DNA from: a bacterium
GTDB taxonomy: Bacteria > Zixibacteria > MSB-5A5 > GN15 > FEB-12
Direction: 5' to 3'
Assembly: GCA_043811375.1 (NCBI GenBank)
Contig: JBDRNJ010000072.1
Coordinates: 128,001-192,000, forward strand
DNA: 64,000 nucleotides
Position 1 is the first letter of the stretch. The number at the start of each line of letters is the position of its first letter. Of the stretch, positions 9,251-19,889 are shown piece by piece. Below the pieces are notes generated by a model. It ran no database searches, had not been told where the DNA came from, and worked only from the letters and a program-made list of their open reading frames with translations. The position numbers and the translations under genes were made by a program.

Positions 9251-10240
9251 TCAGATATTACGATATCGCGGATCGCGGGGATTGTCAATAAGTCCGGAGG
9301 CAATGGCCGAAGCGATCTCACGGATGCCATCGGGTACCTTCCGGGTGACGGAGAAACCCAATTCGGTCCCTATGCGCCGGCAGTCTACTCGGTAATCACG
9401 CGGGTCGTCAGTGCGGTCAACAAACGATACCCGGTCATCCGGCAGCGACAACTCCTTTAAGATCAACTCGACCACGGATTCCTTGCGATAGTTTTCAGAT
9501 GAATCACCCACGTTGAAAGTCTGTCCGGCCACCAGCTCTGGCCCCGACTGGAGCACAGCCACACAAGCCCGAGCCAGATCGACCGCGTGACAATATGGCC
9601 GCCACGATCGTCGGCAGTATATCTCGAGTTTCAAACCGGCCAGCAGGTCGCGGGTGAATTCGTTTACAGTCAGGTCGAACCGGGGACGACTCGACAATCC
9701 GTAAGCGGTTGCAAAACGAAGGCAGGTAACAGCCGGTCGGCGTCCGTGGTGTTGCTTAAGATACTGTTCAAAACCGACTTTTAATTCTGCGTAGAGCGAC
9801 ACCGGGTGCAGGGGAGCGGTCTCATCCACAGGAGTATCACTATTTCGGCTGACGCCATAATTGCTGCAGGTGGATGCGAATACAAATCGCTCGACACCGG
9901 TTTCACGAGCCTGCTCATATAACATTCGGGAAGCGTCCCGGTTGACGGCTACCGCCAGAGATTCATTCTGCCGACAGGCTTTATCACCTACCACTGCCGC
10001 CAGGTGCACCACCGCCGCCACCCCTTTCAGGGCTGTCGTCACGTCCCTGGCCTGCCGGATGTCGCCCCGGCAAAACTCGAAGCGGGGGTGAGTAATATAC
10101 GGCAGGAGCGACTCTCCCCCATATATAAGATTGTCTATGGTGCGAACGGAATAACCACCGGCCAGCAACTGTCCGATCAGCACCGACCCGATGTAACCGG
10201 CGCCGCCGGTGACCAGGACAGTTGTTGTTGTTGTAGTCAA
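9251..10240 (-). CDS. NAD-dependent epimerase/dehydratase (extended SDR)
   Basis: VLVTGGAGYIGS, HLAAVVGD, FASTCSNYG, YAELK (YxxxK). Confidence 0.92.
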   Translation of the reverse strand: MTTTTTTVLVTGGAGYIGSVLIGQLLAGGYSVRTIDNLIYGGESLLPYITHPRFEFCRGDIRQARDVTTALKGVAAVVHLAAVVGDKACRQNESLAVAVNRDASRMLYEQARETGVERFVFASTCSNYGVSRNSDTPVDETAPLHPVSLYAELKVGFEQYLKQHHGRRPAVTCLRFATAYGLSSRPRFDLTVNEFTRDLLAGLKLEIYCRRSWRPYCHAVDLARACVAVLQSGPELVAGQTFNVGDSSENYRKESVVELILKELSLPDDRVSFVDRTDDPRDYRVDCRRIGTELGFSVTRKVPDGIREIASAIASGLIDNPRDPRYRNI

Positions 10241-10308
10241 GGCAGTTTAGTCTTGTTCTCCGAGGTCATCGACCGGCTCCATCTGACAGAATATTCCGGA
10301 GAAGTCTT

Positions 10309-12483
10309 TCACTTCTGCTGCAGGAGATTCCTGGCCGTCTCCAACTGTTCTCCTCTCAGGCCCATATCGATAGCTTTTTGAAGGTTTTCCGCGGCTGCCT
10401 CGTTGCCTTCCATGTGCATGGCCATGCCGATCCAATAGAACGGTTCCGGTTCATCCTTGCGTGAACGGCTGGCTTTCAGCGCCTCCCCCCGAGCCAGATC
10501 GTAACGGCCCGACTGGAAATAAACATAGCACAGGTTCATCCAGGTTCTCTGGTCGTGTTGTGAGTTGAACACGGCGTGTCGGGCTATATTGGCAGCCCGA
10601 TTGAGATCCTCCTGCTCCGTGGCCAGGATGCGGGAGAAGTAGTGACCGTTGTCGGCATTGGAGCGGGCTTCAATCAGATTTTTCTCAAAGATATCAAATG
10701 CTTCCTGGCGTCGATCGAGTTCATAGAGCGCCCGTGCCTTCTGCACGGAGGCGGACACACGTCTCGGTTCAATGGACAATGCCTTTTCCGCCAGGTCCAG
10801 GGCGGTTTCATAGGCCGACTGGTCGCACTTAATCCCGGCCAGCAGCACCAGAGCGTCAGTATTATCCTGGTCCAACTGTAGCAGCAGTTCGATAAGCCGG
10901 TTCTTTTCGCTTTGCCGATCAAGTTTGTCAACCAGCGTTGATATTTCTTCGAACGCTACCAGATTCCCCCTGACCGCAGGGAACCGTTGCACAAAGAGCG
11001 TCACACCTTCCTCAATGGCGCCGGACTCAACCAGGCAGACAGCTTTCAAAAGGGACAGTTCGGGGAAGTTGCGCTCCAGATCGGCATAGCCGTCAAACTG
11101 CTCGAGCGCGGTTTGTGGCTGTCCGATGCGGCGGTACATCTCCACCAAACCTTCAAAGGCCGGTCGGTTCCACGGTTCTTTGCCCAGTGCCAATTGATAA
11201 TAGCGGGTAGCCAGATCGTATTTCCTGACAAAACGGTCAGCGTAAATATCAGCCAATCCGGCCAGCCAATCCGGCTGGGTGCTGTGATACTTATACAATA
11301 GAGACATCAATTCCTCAAATTCGTCGTGCTGTCCGGATCGATACAGGTTGTTAGCAGAAGTCAATCTGGCCGACAGGCGATTGGCCATCACCTCCGGTAC
11401 TTTCTCCAGTGCTTTGAGACCGTCCACCCCCGGAAAGAATCCAGCATAAGTGACAGCGTTGGTGTACCACATGAACTCCTGAAACTTCGGATCATACCGG
11501 TCCCGGCCCATAATTTTGCCGATGGCCGACACGTTGCCGGTACAGGTCATCATGTCCTCGCTTCTGCCCCGCACCTGAAGATCGAAGGCCAGAGCACTGA
11601 TGCTCTGATGGACCAGCTTGCCATATTGGTCGCAGGCTTTTCGAGCGGTTACCTGATCCTGTATGGCCAGTGCCAGGAACATCTCCAGACCGGCTACCAC
11701 CATTTCAGTGCCGGTATACTCCCGGAAATTGCTAATGACCTGCCTGGCTTCGAAGTAATAGTGGTGTCTCAAACAACGAAAGAAATGATCGAGCGCCAGA
11801 TCAAAGTCAGCCTCGGTTAACGTCAAGCGGCCAACCGTTATGGACGAGTCGATCAATCCCGCCGCTTCCAGGTAAGCGACTCTCCGAGATATGTCGGCCG
11901 TTGATCCGGAAGATTGTTCGGTCGCAGTCTGATAGGCAACAGCCGCTGAATCAAAAAAGCCCTGGCGGCAATAAGACTCCGCCTTCAACACCGAAACAAT
12001 GTCGGCTTCGGCTCCCAGCTCGGCGGCCCGGTCAGCCTCCTGTCTGGCCCGGACATACTGACCGACGTTTATCAAGGCTTGCGCCAGCACCAGTCTGGCC
12101 TGCGACTCATCGGGAAGCAGGGCACTGTACTCAGACGCAGCCTGAAAAGCGTCTTCGGATTCCTCCAGGTGTTTCATAATCCTGAACACACCCAGATGAG
12201 CCGGGGCAAACGAGGGTGTCCTTCGGTTGACCACCAGGTAGGAATGAAGGGCATCATACCACTGCAACTGACGCTCGAATACCAGCCCGATACCGTAGCC
12301 GCTCAACGGGGAGGTGGAATCGATGGCAGCCACCTGCTTAAACACGTCAATGGCGGCATCGAATTCGTAGTGATCGACATGCCTTTGTCCTGTCTTAAAT
12401 AAATCCAGGATGCTCTCCTCAGGAGACTTGCTGCATCCCAAGGCTATCAGCACAAACACACCAACCGCAAAGCATTTTCTCAT
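10309..12483 (-). CDS. TPR-repeat lipoprotein
   Basis: Lipobox-like LIALGC; many helical TPR-like repeats (A...Y..AL...P). Confidence 0.8.
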   Translation of the reverse strand: MRKCFAVGVFVLIALGCSKSPEESILDLFKTGQRHVDHYEFDAAIDVFKQVAAIDSTSPLSGYGIGLVFERQLQWYDALHSYLVVNRRTPSFAPAHLGVFRIMKHLEESEDAFQAASEYSALLPDESQARLVLAQALINVGQYVRARQEADRAAELGAEADIVSVLKAESYCRQGFFDSAAVAYQTATEQSSGSTADISRRVAYLEAAGLIDSSITVGRLTLTEADFDLALDHFFRCLRHHYYFEARQVISNFREYTGTEMVVAGLEMFLALAIQDQVTARKACDQYGKLVHQSISALAFDLQVRGRSEDMMTCTGNVSAIGKIMGRDRYDPKFQEFMWYTNAVTYAGFFPGVDGLKALEKVPEVMANRLSARLTSANNLYRSGQHDEFEELMSLLYKYHSTQPDWLAGLADIYADRFVRKYDLATRYYQLALGKEPWNRPAFEGLVEMYRRIGQPQTALEQFDGYADLERNFPELSLLKAVCLVESGAIEEGVTLFVQRFPAVRGNLVAFEEISTLVDKLDRQSEKNRLIELLLQLDQDNTDALVLLAGIKCDQSAYETALDLAEKALSIEPRRVSASVQKARALYELDRRQEAFDIFEKNLIEARSNADNGHYFSRILATEQEDLNRAANIARHAVFNSQHDQRTWMNLCYVYFQSGRYDLARGEALKASRSRKDEPEPFYWIGMAMHMEGNEAAAENLQKAIDMGLRGEQLETARNLLQQK

Positions 12484-12674
12484 CAGGTTATCCTACCTTC
12501 CGAACAAACGGGATTTTCAATTGGGGCCAATCTATAACCTGTTATACCATAAATCCATAGCTTTTTTCATTCAAATCCCATGAACTTCAGTGGAATCATT
12601 CTAAAGATATTACCGTGATCGGACAATCGGCGGAATTTGATTGGTTTTTAATCAAACATCGACTATATTTCAAT

Positions 12675-13400
12675 ATGGTAGTCCTTGAAGCAGATATGCT
12701 CAGCAAGTACTACCGCAGACGTGCCGTTGTCGATGAGGTTTCGATCGTTGTGAAACCGGGAGAAGTGGTAGGTCTGTTGGGGCCAAACGGAGCCGGCAAG
12801 ACAACGACATTTTACATGATTATCGGATTTGTCAGACCTGATGGGGGTAAAGTGTATCTCGGCGGCAGGAATATCGGTGGCAAGCCCATGTATCGGCGAG
12901 CCAAACTGGGAATCGGTTATCTGGCTCAGGAGGCTTCGGTCTTTCGAAAAATGACGGTTGAGGATAACATTTTGTCGATTCTCCAGTTTCGCCGGATGAG
13001 CCGCAAGCGGCGCAAAGAGCGGTTGGATGAACTCCTGCAGCAGTTGGATATCGCCCACCTGCGCAAGAGCAAAGCCTACACGTTATCAGGCGGCGAACGC
13101 CGACGGGTTGAGATCACGCGAGCCCTCGTCAACGATCCCAAGTTTATGTTGCTGGACGAGCCGTTTGCCGGTATCGATCCCATCGCCGTGGAAGACATAC
13201 AGAAAATCATCAACCGCCTGGTTCAACATGGACTTGGAATCCTGATTACGGATCACAATGTTCGGGAGACACTTTCGATCTGTAGCCGGGCTTATATTAT
13301 GTGCGATGGAAAGATCCTCAAATCGGGGACCTCGGAATTCCTGGCCGGCGATCCGGAAGCGAGAAAAATCTATTTGGGAGAAAAGTTTCGACTGGACTGA
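12675..13400 (+). CDS. lptB: LPS export ABC transporter ATP-binding protein
   Basis: [66 protein letters not shown]; lptB-rpoN-hpf synteny. Confidence 0.96.
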   Translation: MVVLEADMLSKYYRRRAVVDEVSIVVKPGEVVGLLGPNGAGKTTTFYMIIGFVRPDGGKVYLGGRNIGGKPMYRRAKLGIGYLAQEASVFRKMTVEDNILSILQFRRMSRKRRKERLDELLQQLDIAHLRKSKAYTLSGGERRRVEITRALVNDPKFMLLDEPFAGIDPIAVEDIQKIINRLVQHGLGILITDHNVRETLSICSRAYIMCDGKILKSGTSEFLAGDPEARKIYLGEKFRLD

Positions 13401-13537
13401 ACAGTCCGTCGGCTTTGTCTAATATATGAACGATATAAGCCGGGAACGTCAATCGAGCAGGTTTGTTTCCGATAACATGATCGGAGCCGGTATTGACCGG
13501 CTGGAACCTTTCGGAGTACAAATCGGCAGGTAAGACT

Positions 13538-14923
13538 ATGAAACTTGGGCTACAATTAAGACTCCAGCAAACCCTGGCACCTCAGTTGATACAATCGCTG
13601 AAGATGCTCCAGATGCCGGTGCTCAAACTGGAGCAGACTATTCGTCAGGAGCTGTCCACCAACCCACTTCTGGAAGAAATAGAAGAACTGGAACCTGAGC
13701 AGGAACTCGACGCTGAGGCTGAAGAGACCGAAGAGAACCCAGACGAGGGTGTTGACTGGGACGAGTACCTCTCTGATGATGAAGAAGGTTACAAGGTACG
13801 TGAACCTCGGGAAGTTCGCGAGGATACTCTGGAGGGATCGGCATCATCGTCACGTAGCCTGCTGACCTACCTGCTGGAGCAGTTGTCGTTTTTGAAACTG
13901 TCCAATGAGGAATACCTGATCGGAGAGTATATCATCGGCAATATCTCGCCCGACGGTTACCTTACTATCGGGGTGCCGGAGATGGCCCATGAGCTATCCC
14001 TTGACGCCGCCAAGATCGAGTTGGTACTGGCAATGGTCCAGCGTTTCGACCCGACCGGTGTCGGTTCGCGAGACTTGCGGGAGTCCCTTCTTATTCAGTT
14101 GCGAGAAAAAGGACTGGAAGACACCCTACCCTATCGGATCGTTGAGGAACATATCAACAAGTTGGATCGGAAGTCGATCCTGCAGATATCCAAACTGATG
14201 CACACCCCTCTGGAAAAGACAGAAGAGGCGATGGCCGAAATAAAGGAGCTCTCGCCGACACCGGCCTACGGTCGTTTTGCGGAAGCCGCGATGCCAATTG
14301 TCCCGGATCTGACGGTGGAGCGGTTTGGCGATGAGTATGTTGTCTTCCATAACGACCGGCATGTCCCCCGATTACGCATCAACTCAGGATACAAAGCCCT
14401 GATGAAACGCGGCAGTGAGTCATCCAAGGACACCCGGCAATATATCAAGCAGAAACTGGAACAGGCTCGATGGCTGCTCAATGCCATCAATCAGCGACGT
14501 TCGACGATGATCCGGGTGATGGAAGCCATTATCGAAAAACAGCACGATTTCTTCGACAAAGGCCCCTCGTTTCTCAAACCGTTGATAATGGAGGAAATTG
14601 CCCAAAAGGTCGATATGAATGTGGCCACTATCAGTCGCGTGTCCAACAGCAAATACGTTCAGACTCCCTTTGGCGTTTACGAGATCAAATACTTTTTCAA
14701 CGCCGGTATCACCAAAGCTGATGGTGAGGATATGTCGAAAAGGTCGGTCAAACAACGCATAGAGGAGATTATCAAGGCGGAACAACCCAGCCAACCGCTT
14801 TCTGACCAGGAAATCTATCGCTTACTGAACGAAGAGGGTATCCGCCTGGCGAGACGAACCGTCACCAAGTACCGTGAGGAGCTAAAGCTTCCAGCCGCCA
14901 GACTTCGCAAACGGGTCAAGTAG
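13538..14923 (+). CDS. rpoN: RNA polymerase sigma-54 factor
   Basis: Gln/Leu-rich region I (LQQTLAPQLIQSLKMLQ), ATISRV HTH, RpoN box ARRTVTKYRE. Confidence 0.97.
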   Translation: MKLGLQLRLQQTLAPQLIQSLKMLQMPVLKLEQTIRQELSTNPLLEEIEELEPEQELDAEAEETEENPDEGVDWDEYLSDDEEGYKVREPREVREDTLEGSASSSRSLLTYLLEQLSFLKLSNEEYLIGEYIIGNISPDGYLTIGVPEMAHELSLDAAKIELVLAMVQRFDPTGVGSRDLRESLLIQLREKGLEDTLPYRIVEEHINKLDRKSILQISKLMHTPLEKTEEAMAEIKELSPTPAYGRFAEAAMPIVPDLTVERFGDEYVVFHNDRHVPRLRINSGYKALMKRGSESSKDTRQYIKQKLEQARWLLNAINQRRSTMIRVMEAIIEKQHDFFDKGPSFLKPLIMEEIAQKVDMNVATISRVSNSKYVQTPFGVYEIKYFFNAGITKADGEDMSKRSVKQRIEEIIKAEQPSQPLSDQEIYRLLNEEGIRLARRTVTKYREELKLPAARLRKRVK

Positions 14924-15077
14924 AAGATACGGTACAACCCGACAGGGAACAGACAACCTGTCGCATCGGAGGAAGAGGGCACATGGAACGAGCCGAAAAT
15001 CTTCAATCCCGGGCCGCGGTGAGCGCCCGATACCCCTCACGGCGGCACCCTTCCATTCAACGCCGGCAAATCATTTT

Positions 15078-15123
15078 CGGCAGTGAACCTGTTCAGACCG
15101 GGTGGCTGCCGGTTATTTTTTTT
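15078..15123 (+). terminator. Putative intrinsic terminator after rpoN
   Basis: CGGCAGT...GCTGCCG stem followed by TTATTTTTTTT. Confidence 0.45.
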
Positions 15124-15278
15124 AGTCGATGCGGAGAGAATAATCGTAAGACTTAATAGGGAAAAGATGGCTGCGTCGACGCCCGGCGCCGGCGATGTCA
15201 AGGTTAATGAGAGTAGTCGACTGCTGCTCTCCCGTCAAACGACGACCGGAAAGTTACATGGAAAGGAGGTTTGTGACG

Positions 15279-15638
15279 ATGCAAAAGGTGATCACGGCCC
15301 GCCATTTTGATCTCACCCCAGAAATGAAGGAGAAAGCGGAGAAAGAAATGGACCGACTGACTCGCTACTTCGGCAATATCGTCTCCGCCGAACTCGTTCT
15401 CGATACCGAAAGACACCTCCGCACGGCGGAATTGAAAGTCAACGTGTACAACAATATGATCGCCGGCACCGGCGAAACGGATGATATGTACAACTCCATA
15501 GCCGTGGCGGTCGACAAGGTTAAGGGACAACTGAAGAAATACAAGTCGAAATTGAAACAGAGGTCCCCGGAAGAAATCACTAACATCAAGGACAGGTCTA
15601 CTCGTCCCAGCACTGATGTGGACGAACTGGATACATAG
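15279..15638 (+). CDS. hpf: Ribosome hibernation promoting factor (HPF/RaiA)
   Basis: ITARHFDLT, DMYNSI..AVDK...QLKKYK; AAGGAGG RBS before ATG 15279. Confidence 0.93.
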   Translation: MQKVITARHFDLTPEMKEKAEKEMDRLTRYFGNIVSAELVLDTERHLRTAELKVNVYNNMIAGTGETDDMYNSIAVAVDKVKGQLKKYKSKLKQRSPEEITNIKDRSTRPSTDVDELDT

Positions 15639-15726
15639 CTGATATTCGCGACATGCTATCGGAAATGCCGAGTACCGAATAGGCACCCTGCCACCGGTAT
15701 TAAGCTACTATCGTCAGACAAGCTAC

Positions 15727-15756
15727 AGCCCGCCTGATCTCAGGCGGGCTTTTTTT
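15727..15756 (+). terminator. Rho-independent terminator
   Basis: AGCCCGCCTGA-TC-TCAGGCGGGCT followed by a T-tract. Confidence 0.85.
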
Positions 15757-15782
15757 CATGGAGGGATAGGGGTGCAAGTTCT

Positions 15783-15815
15783 TGTAGGGCAGGTCTCCTC
15801 TTAGAAACCTGCCAA
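15783..15815 (+). repeat. GTAG-type REP-like palindrome (second copy 56780..56809)
   Basis: TGTAGGGCAGGTCTC-N-GA(A/G)ACCTGCCAA hairpin present at both positions. Confidence 0.75.
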
Positions 15816-16009
15816 TTACAAGTCTCGTAGGTCAACCCCTGCGGTTTCGACATACACTTAAGGCTTGACATTCCCGCTTCTCTCGCACAACATTTATTTG
15901 TGTATAACGTAGCGAAATCGTCATTGCGAGGTGCGAAGCGCTGTGGTAAACCGCGAACTCTGATCGCTACCACACTGGCCGAAAAAGGGGGTAATCTGGA
16001 GTTCCTAAC

Positions 16010-19000
16010 ATGAAGGTAAAAAAGCACGAACAACAACGGTTGTTATTCGGGTCACGCGATTCCGTTCTGGAGGCGGCTGATAAGCTGGTAAACGCTGCTA
16101 ATGATCTTATGCGTACTTCCAATACTGAAGAGGACTTGCGCATCGGGTTTGAAAAAGCGCTGGAGCCTTTATGCAGAAGTATAGGGATCAAACTTGAGCC
16201 AAGATATGAAAAGTATGCCAAGTTCACAAGGGTGTTCTCTGACGTGATGCATGGACGGGTTCTTATTGAATACGAAAACCCAGGTGCCTTTAAATCTCAA
16301 AAATGGATAGAACACGCATATGACCAGCTATTTGACCAAATCCAGGGCGAAGCAAAGGCCGAGAAAGAAACCCTATTCCTTTTTGACCCAAAATTTGTAG
16401 GAGTCGCTTTTGACGGCAAACAAATATTTTTTGTTCGCTACAGGGGAGAGAAAAATAAAGCTAAAATCACCCTTAATAAAAGAGATTTTATTCTAGAAGG
16501 CCCCCATCCTTTTGACCAGCAAAGCGCACGCACACTGCTTACCTATTTGCGCGCACTCTCCCGCAAACTCCTGACCGCCGTGAACCTCGCGGAGGTCTTC
16601 GGGCCCAAAAGCAAGGTTGCTCCTATGGCTGTCTCCGCTTTTGCGGACGCGCTGGAGCACTGGGGCGGCGACAGGGTGAAGGTCTTCTTTAACGAGTGGA
16701 AGCGGCTTTTTGGCATTGTCTACGGGGAAAGGTTCGGTGCCCACTCGGCCGAGGACGCCAATGCGCTTTCAAAGCAATATAACGTGGGCAGGAAGACCAA
16801 CCTTCAGGAGCTTCTTTTTTCGGTCCACACCTATTTCGCTCTTCTTATGAAGTTTATTGCAGCCGAACTCATCACCTTCAAGGAGAGCTCCTTTTCGGCG
16901 TCGTTTTCCCACGATCTCACGCATTGCTCAAAGAACGGACTTAAGGCCCGGCTTGCCGATATCGAGGACGGGGGGGTATACGCCAAACGGGGCATAACGA
17001 ATTTTCTGGAGGGCGATTTTTTCAGGTGGTATCTTGATGCCTTCTCTCCTCGACTTGAGGATGCCGTGAGGGAGATCGCCAGGGGACTCTCGGAGTTCGA
17101 GCCTGCCACAACAATGATCGATCCTGAGTCAACCCGAGACCTATTGAAAAAGCTGTATCAGTATCTGGTGCCACAACAGGTGCGGCATAACCTGGGCGAA
17201 TACTATACCCCTGACTGGCTAGCGGAGCTTGTCCTGGACGAGACTGGGTACAAGGGCAATCTCAAAAAGCGGCTCCTCGACCCGGCCTGTGGCTCCGGCA
17301 CGTTCCTCGTGCTGGCCATAAAGCGTGCCATAGAGCACGGTAAAGAATATCGTTATTCGCCCCTTGAGACTGTCAAGAGCATTGTCGAAAACATATGGGG
17401 TTTCGATCTTAACCCATTGGCTGTTATTGCGGCGCGTACCAACTACCTTTTTGCACTGGGCGACATGATCTCGGAACTGCCCTCCTTCGAGGTGCCTGTG
17501 TATCTGGCCGATTCGGTCTTGTGGCCTGAAAGAAGACAGATCCACATTACAGCATCGGAATCAGTTGAAATACCCACTTCCGTTCAGACCTTTCTGGTAC
17601 CGAAGGTCTGGGTCGAGAACAAGGGCTTCCATATGACCAGGGCCGCACCCCTCGTTGAGAAAATGTCAAGAGAGCGCTACGAAGTCTCCGAGGCCATGGA
17701 GAGGTTCAAAAAGGAAGGTCTTGCCTTTCCGCCACACGAGGAGGCTGTTCAATGCTTCTACGCCGACATACTGAAGCTCGAAAAGGAAGGGAAAAACGGT
17801 ATCTGGGCGCGCTTTCTTAAGAACTCTTTCGCCCCTCAGACGGCTGGAAAGTTTGATTACGTAGCTGGAAATCCTCCCTGGATAAGGTGGGATTACCTTT
17901 CCCAAGAGTACCGCGCTGCGACGCTTTCCCTCTGGCAGGAATACGGCCTTTTTTCACTCAAGGGATTTCAGAGTAGACTTGGCGGTGGGAAGAAAGATTT
18001 TTCCATGCTTTTTACCTATGCCTCCGCCGACCACTACCTCAATGACAAGGGCAGACTCGGCTTTCTTATAACCCAAGAGGTCTTCAAGTCCAAGGGCGCG
18101 GGTGAGGGTTTCCGGAAGTTCTGTCTTGGGCCAAACGGCAAGCCGCTCAAGGTCTTGAAGGCCCACGACCTCGTAACCGTACAGCCCTTCGAGGGAGCCG
18201 CCAACAAAACTGCCGCTATAGTTTTAGAGAAGGGGCGATCTACTAAGTATCCTGTCCCATATACAGTGTGGACACGCAAAAAGAAGGTCGGGAGGATACC
18301 AACGGACTTCGTGCTAAAAGAGGCGTTACAGTTACTCCAAAAAGAGAAGCTGTCGGCACAACCGATGGGCTCTAAGTTGGGTGCTTGGCAAACTTATCCC
18401 TTAGAATCAGAGGATTTAACGAAGATACAAGGTAAGAATTATTATACTGCCCATTCTGGTGCTTATATTTCTCCTTACGGAGTATTCTGGTTGAAAATTA
18501 AACAAGTGTTATCTAACGGTGACTTGCTTGTTGAAAACCTTACCGAAAAAGGGAAGACAAAAATTCCTAAATTAGAAGAAACAATTGAGCAAGATTTAGT
18601 TTATCCCGGCCTGCGTGGCTCGGATATTCAAAGGTGGCAAGCAACTCCTAAAATACATGTTTTGCTTACCCAAGACCCATCTAAACGGGAACCATATCCA
18701 GAAGCAGTTATGAAAAGAGAGTGGCCAAGAACTTATGGATATCTAACAAAATTCAAAGGAATTTTACAGTCAAGAGCATCAAAGATATTACAAGATTTGG
18801 CACGAAAAACTTCTTTTTACGCAGTTTTCGGAGTTGCAAATTATACAATGAGTAATTATAAGGTCGTATGGAAACGAATGACTAATGATTTAATCGCAAC
18901 AGTTATTTCACAAACGAAAACATCGTTCGGGTATAAAACTATCATCCCTTTTGAAACAACAGCCCTGATTGCTACCGATAACGAATCCGAAGCCCATTAT

Positions 19001-19261
19001 CTCTGCGCTATTATCAATTCAAAACCAGTTCGCGATTTTATTAAGTCATTTTCTTCCGCTGGCCGGGGCTTTGGCACACCTTCAGTGATGAACTATGTAG
19101 GGATTCCTATGTTCGACCGGGGGAACAAGATACACAGCGAGCTCGCGCGCCTTTCCAAGATGCTACACAAACTCAAAAAAGAGGATAAAACAGACGAAAT
19201 CCCCGGCTTTGAGAAGGAAGTGAACAAACAAGCGCGAAAGATGTTTGGAATCAAAGAATAA
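16010..19261 (+). CDS. Type IIG-like fused restriction-modification enzyme (putative nuclease + N6-adenine MTase + TRD)
   Basis: 1083 aa; GEYYTP, LLDPACGSGTFL (SAM binding), NPPW (motif IV); N-terminal D...IEYE nuclease-like motif; C-terminal AHYLCAIINS; AT-richer than the host. Confidence 0.88.
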   Translation: MKVKKHEQQRLLFGSRDSVLEAADKLVNAANDLMRTSNTEEDLRIGFEKALEPLCRSIGIKLEPRYEKYAKFTRVFSDVMHGRVLIEYENPGAFKSQKWIEHAYDQLFDQIQGEAKAEKETLFLFDPKFVGVAFDGKQIFFVRYRGEKNKAKITLNKRDFILEGPHPFDQQSARTLLTYLRALSRKLLTAVNLAEVFGPKSKVAPMAVSAFADALEHWGGDRVKVFFNEWKRLFGIVYGERFGAHSAEDANALSKQYNVGRKTNLQELLFSVHTYFALLMKFIAAELITFKESSFSASFSHDLTHCSKNGLKARLADIEDGGVYAKRGITNFLEGDFFRWYLDAFSPRLEDAVREIARGLSEFEPATTMIDPESTRDLLKKLYQYLVPQQVRHNLGEYYTPDWLAELVLDETGYKGNLKKRLLDPACGSGTFLVLAIKRAIEHGKEYRYSPLETVKSIVENIWGFDLNPLAVIAARTNYLFALGDMISELPSFEVPVYLADSVLWPERRQIHITASESVEIPTSVQTFLVPKVWVENKGFHMTRAAPLVEKMSRERYEVSEAMERFKKEGLAFPPHEEAVQCFYADILKLEKEGKNGIWARFLKNSFAPQTAGKFDYVAGNPPWIRWDYLSQEYRAATLSLWQEYGLFSLKGFQSRLGGGKKDFSMLFTYASADHYLNDKGRLGFLITQEVFKSKGAGEGFRKFCLGPNGKPLKVLKAHDLVTVQPFEGAANKTAAIVLEKGRSTKYPVPYTVWTRKKKVGRIPTDFVLKEALQLLQKEKLSAQPMGSKLGAWQTYPLESEDLTKIQGKNYYTAHSGAYISPYGVFWLKIKQVLSNGDLLVENLTEKGKTKIPKLEETIEQDLVYPGLRGSDIQRWQATPKIHVLLTQDPSKREPYPEAVMKREWPRTYGYLTKFKGILQSRASKILQDLARKTSFYAVFGVANYTMSNYKVVWKRMTNDLIATVISQTKTSFGYKTIIPFETTALIATDNESEAHYLCAIINSKPVRDFIKSFSSAGRGFGTPSVMNYVGIPMFDRGNKIHSELARLSKMLHKLKKEDKTDEIPGFEKEVNKQARKMFGIKE

Positions 19262-19263
19262 GC

Positions 19264-19295
19264 CTGTGTGGCCGCGATCTCTGATCGCGGTTCAC
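19264..19295 (+). repeat. REP-like 32-bp palindrome (inverted copy 56727..56758)
   Basis: CTGTGTGGCCGCGATCTCTGATCGCGGTTCAC vs the reverse complement of 56727-56758, CTGTGTGGCCGCGATCTGCGATCGCGGTTCAC (30/32 identical). Confidence 0.8.
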
Positions 19296-19367
19296 CAACC
19301 ACGCACTTTCCCTACAACTTTTTACCAGATAACTGCCCTTCCCCTTATGTTATAGAAAGGCACAATT

Positions 19368-19889
19368 ATGTCAGGCACTAGCCCGAAGCAGCTCGAGGCC
19401 AACCGGCGCAACGCACCGCGCTCCACCGGCCCCCGGACTCCCGCAGGCAAATCGCGCGTGAAATTCAACGCGCTCAAGCATGGCCTGTTGGCGAAGTCCG
19501 TCATCCTGCCCATCCGCAGCCGCTCCGAAAAACGGAGCCACTTCGATGCCCTCCTGGCGCAGCTGATCGACGAACTCAAACCGGTTGGCATCCTGGAAGA
19601 TATGCTGGTGGAGAAAATTGCTGTGTCGTACTGGCGCCTGCGCCGCGCCCTCCGCGCCGAAGCCGGCGAAATCTGTGACAACATCCGCGATTTCCGCCGG
19701 TATCCCTACGCCACCGACCCCGCTACTCTCGCCCTTCCTTCATCCCGCGATACCCTCAAGATCGTCCGCTACCAAAATGCCATCGAGCGTCAGCTTCATC
19801 GGGCTATCACCCAACTACAACGCCTGCAAGATCACCGTTGCCTTTCCCACGCTAACACCTCGGAGACACCGCCTATCGACGAAAAATAA
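19368..19889 (+). CDS. Conserved hypothetical protein (ANRRNA..STGPRT..GK....NALKHGL family)
   Basis: Characteristic N-terminal motif, plus WRLRR and RYQNAIERQL segments. Confidence 0.75.
   Translation: MSGTSPKQLEANRRNAPRSTGPRTPAGKSRVKFNALKHGLLAKSVILPIRSRSEKRSHFDALLAQLIDELKPVGILEDMLVEKIAVSYWRLRRALRAEAGEICDNIRDFRRYPYATDPATLALPSSRDTLKIVRYQNAIERQLHRAITQLQRLQDHRCLSHANTSETPPIDEK

Noticed and set aside
10220..10237. (ACA)n run at the epimerase start as a phase-variation tract
   Set aside because: Short trinucleotide repeat; slippage would keep the reading frame.
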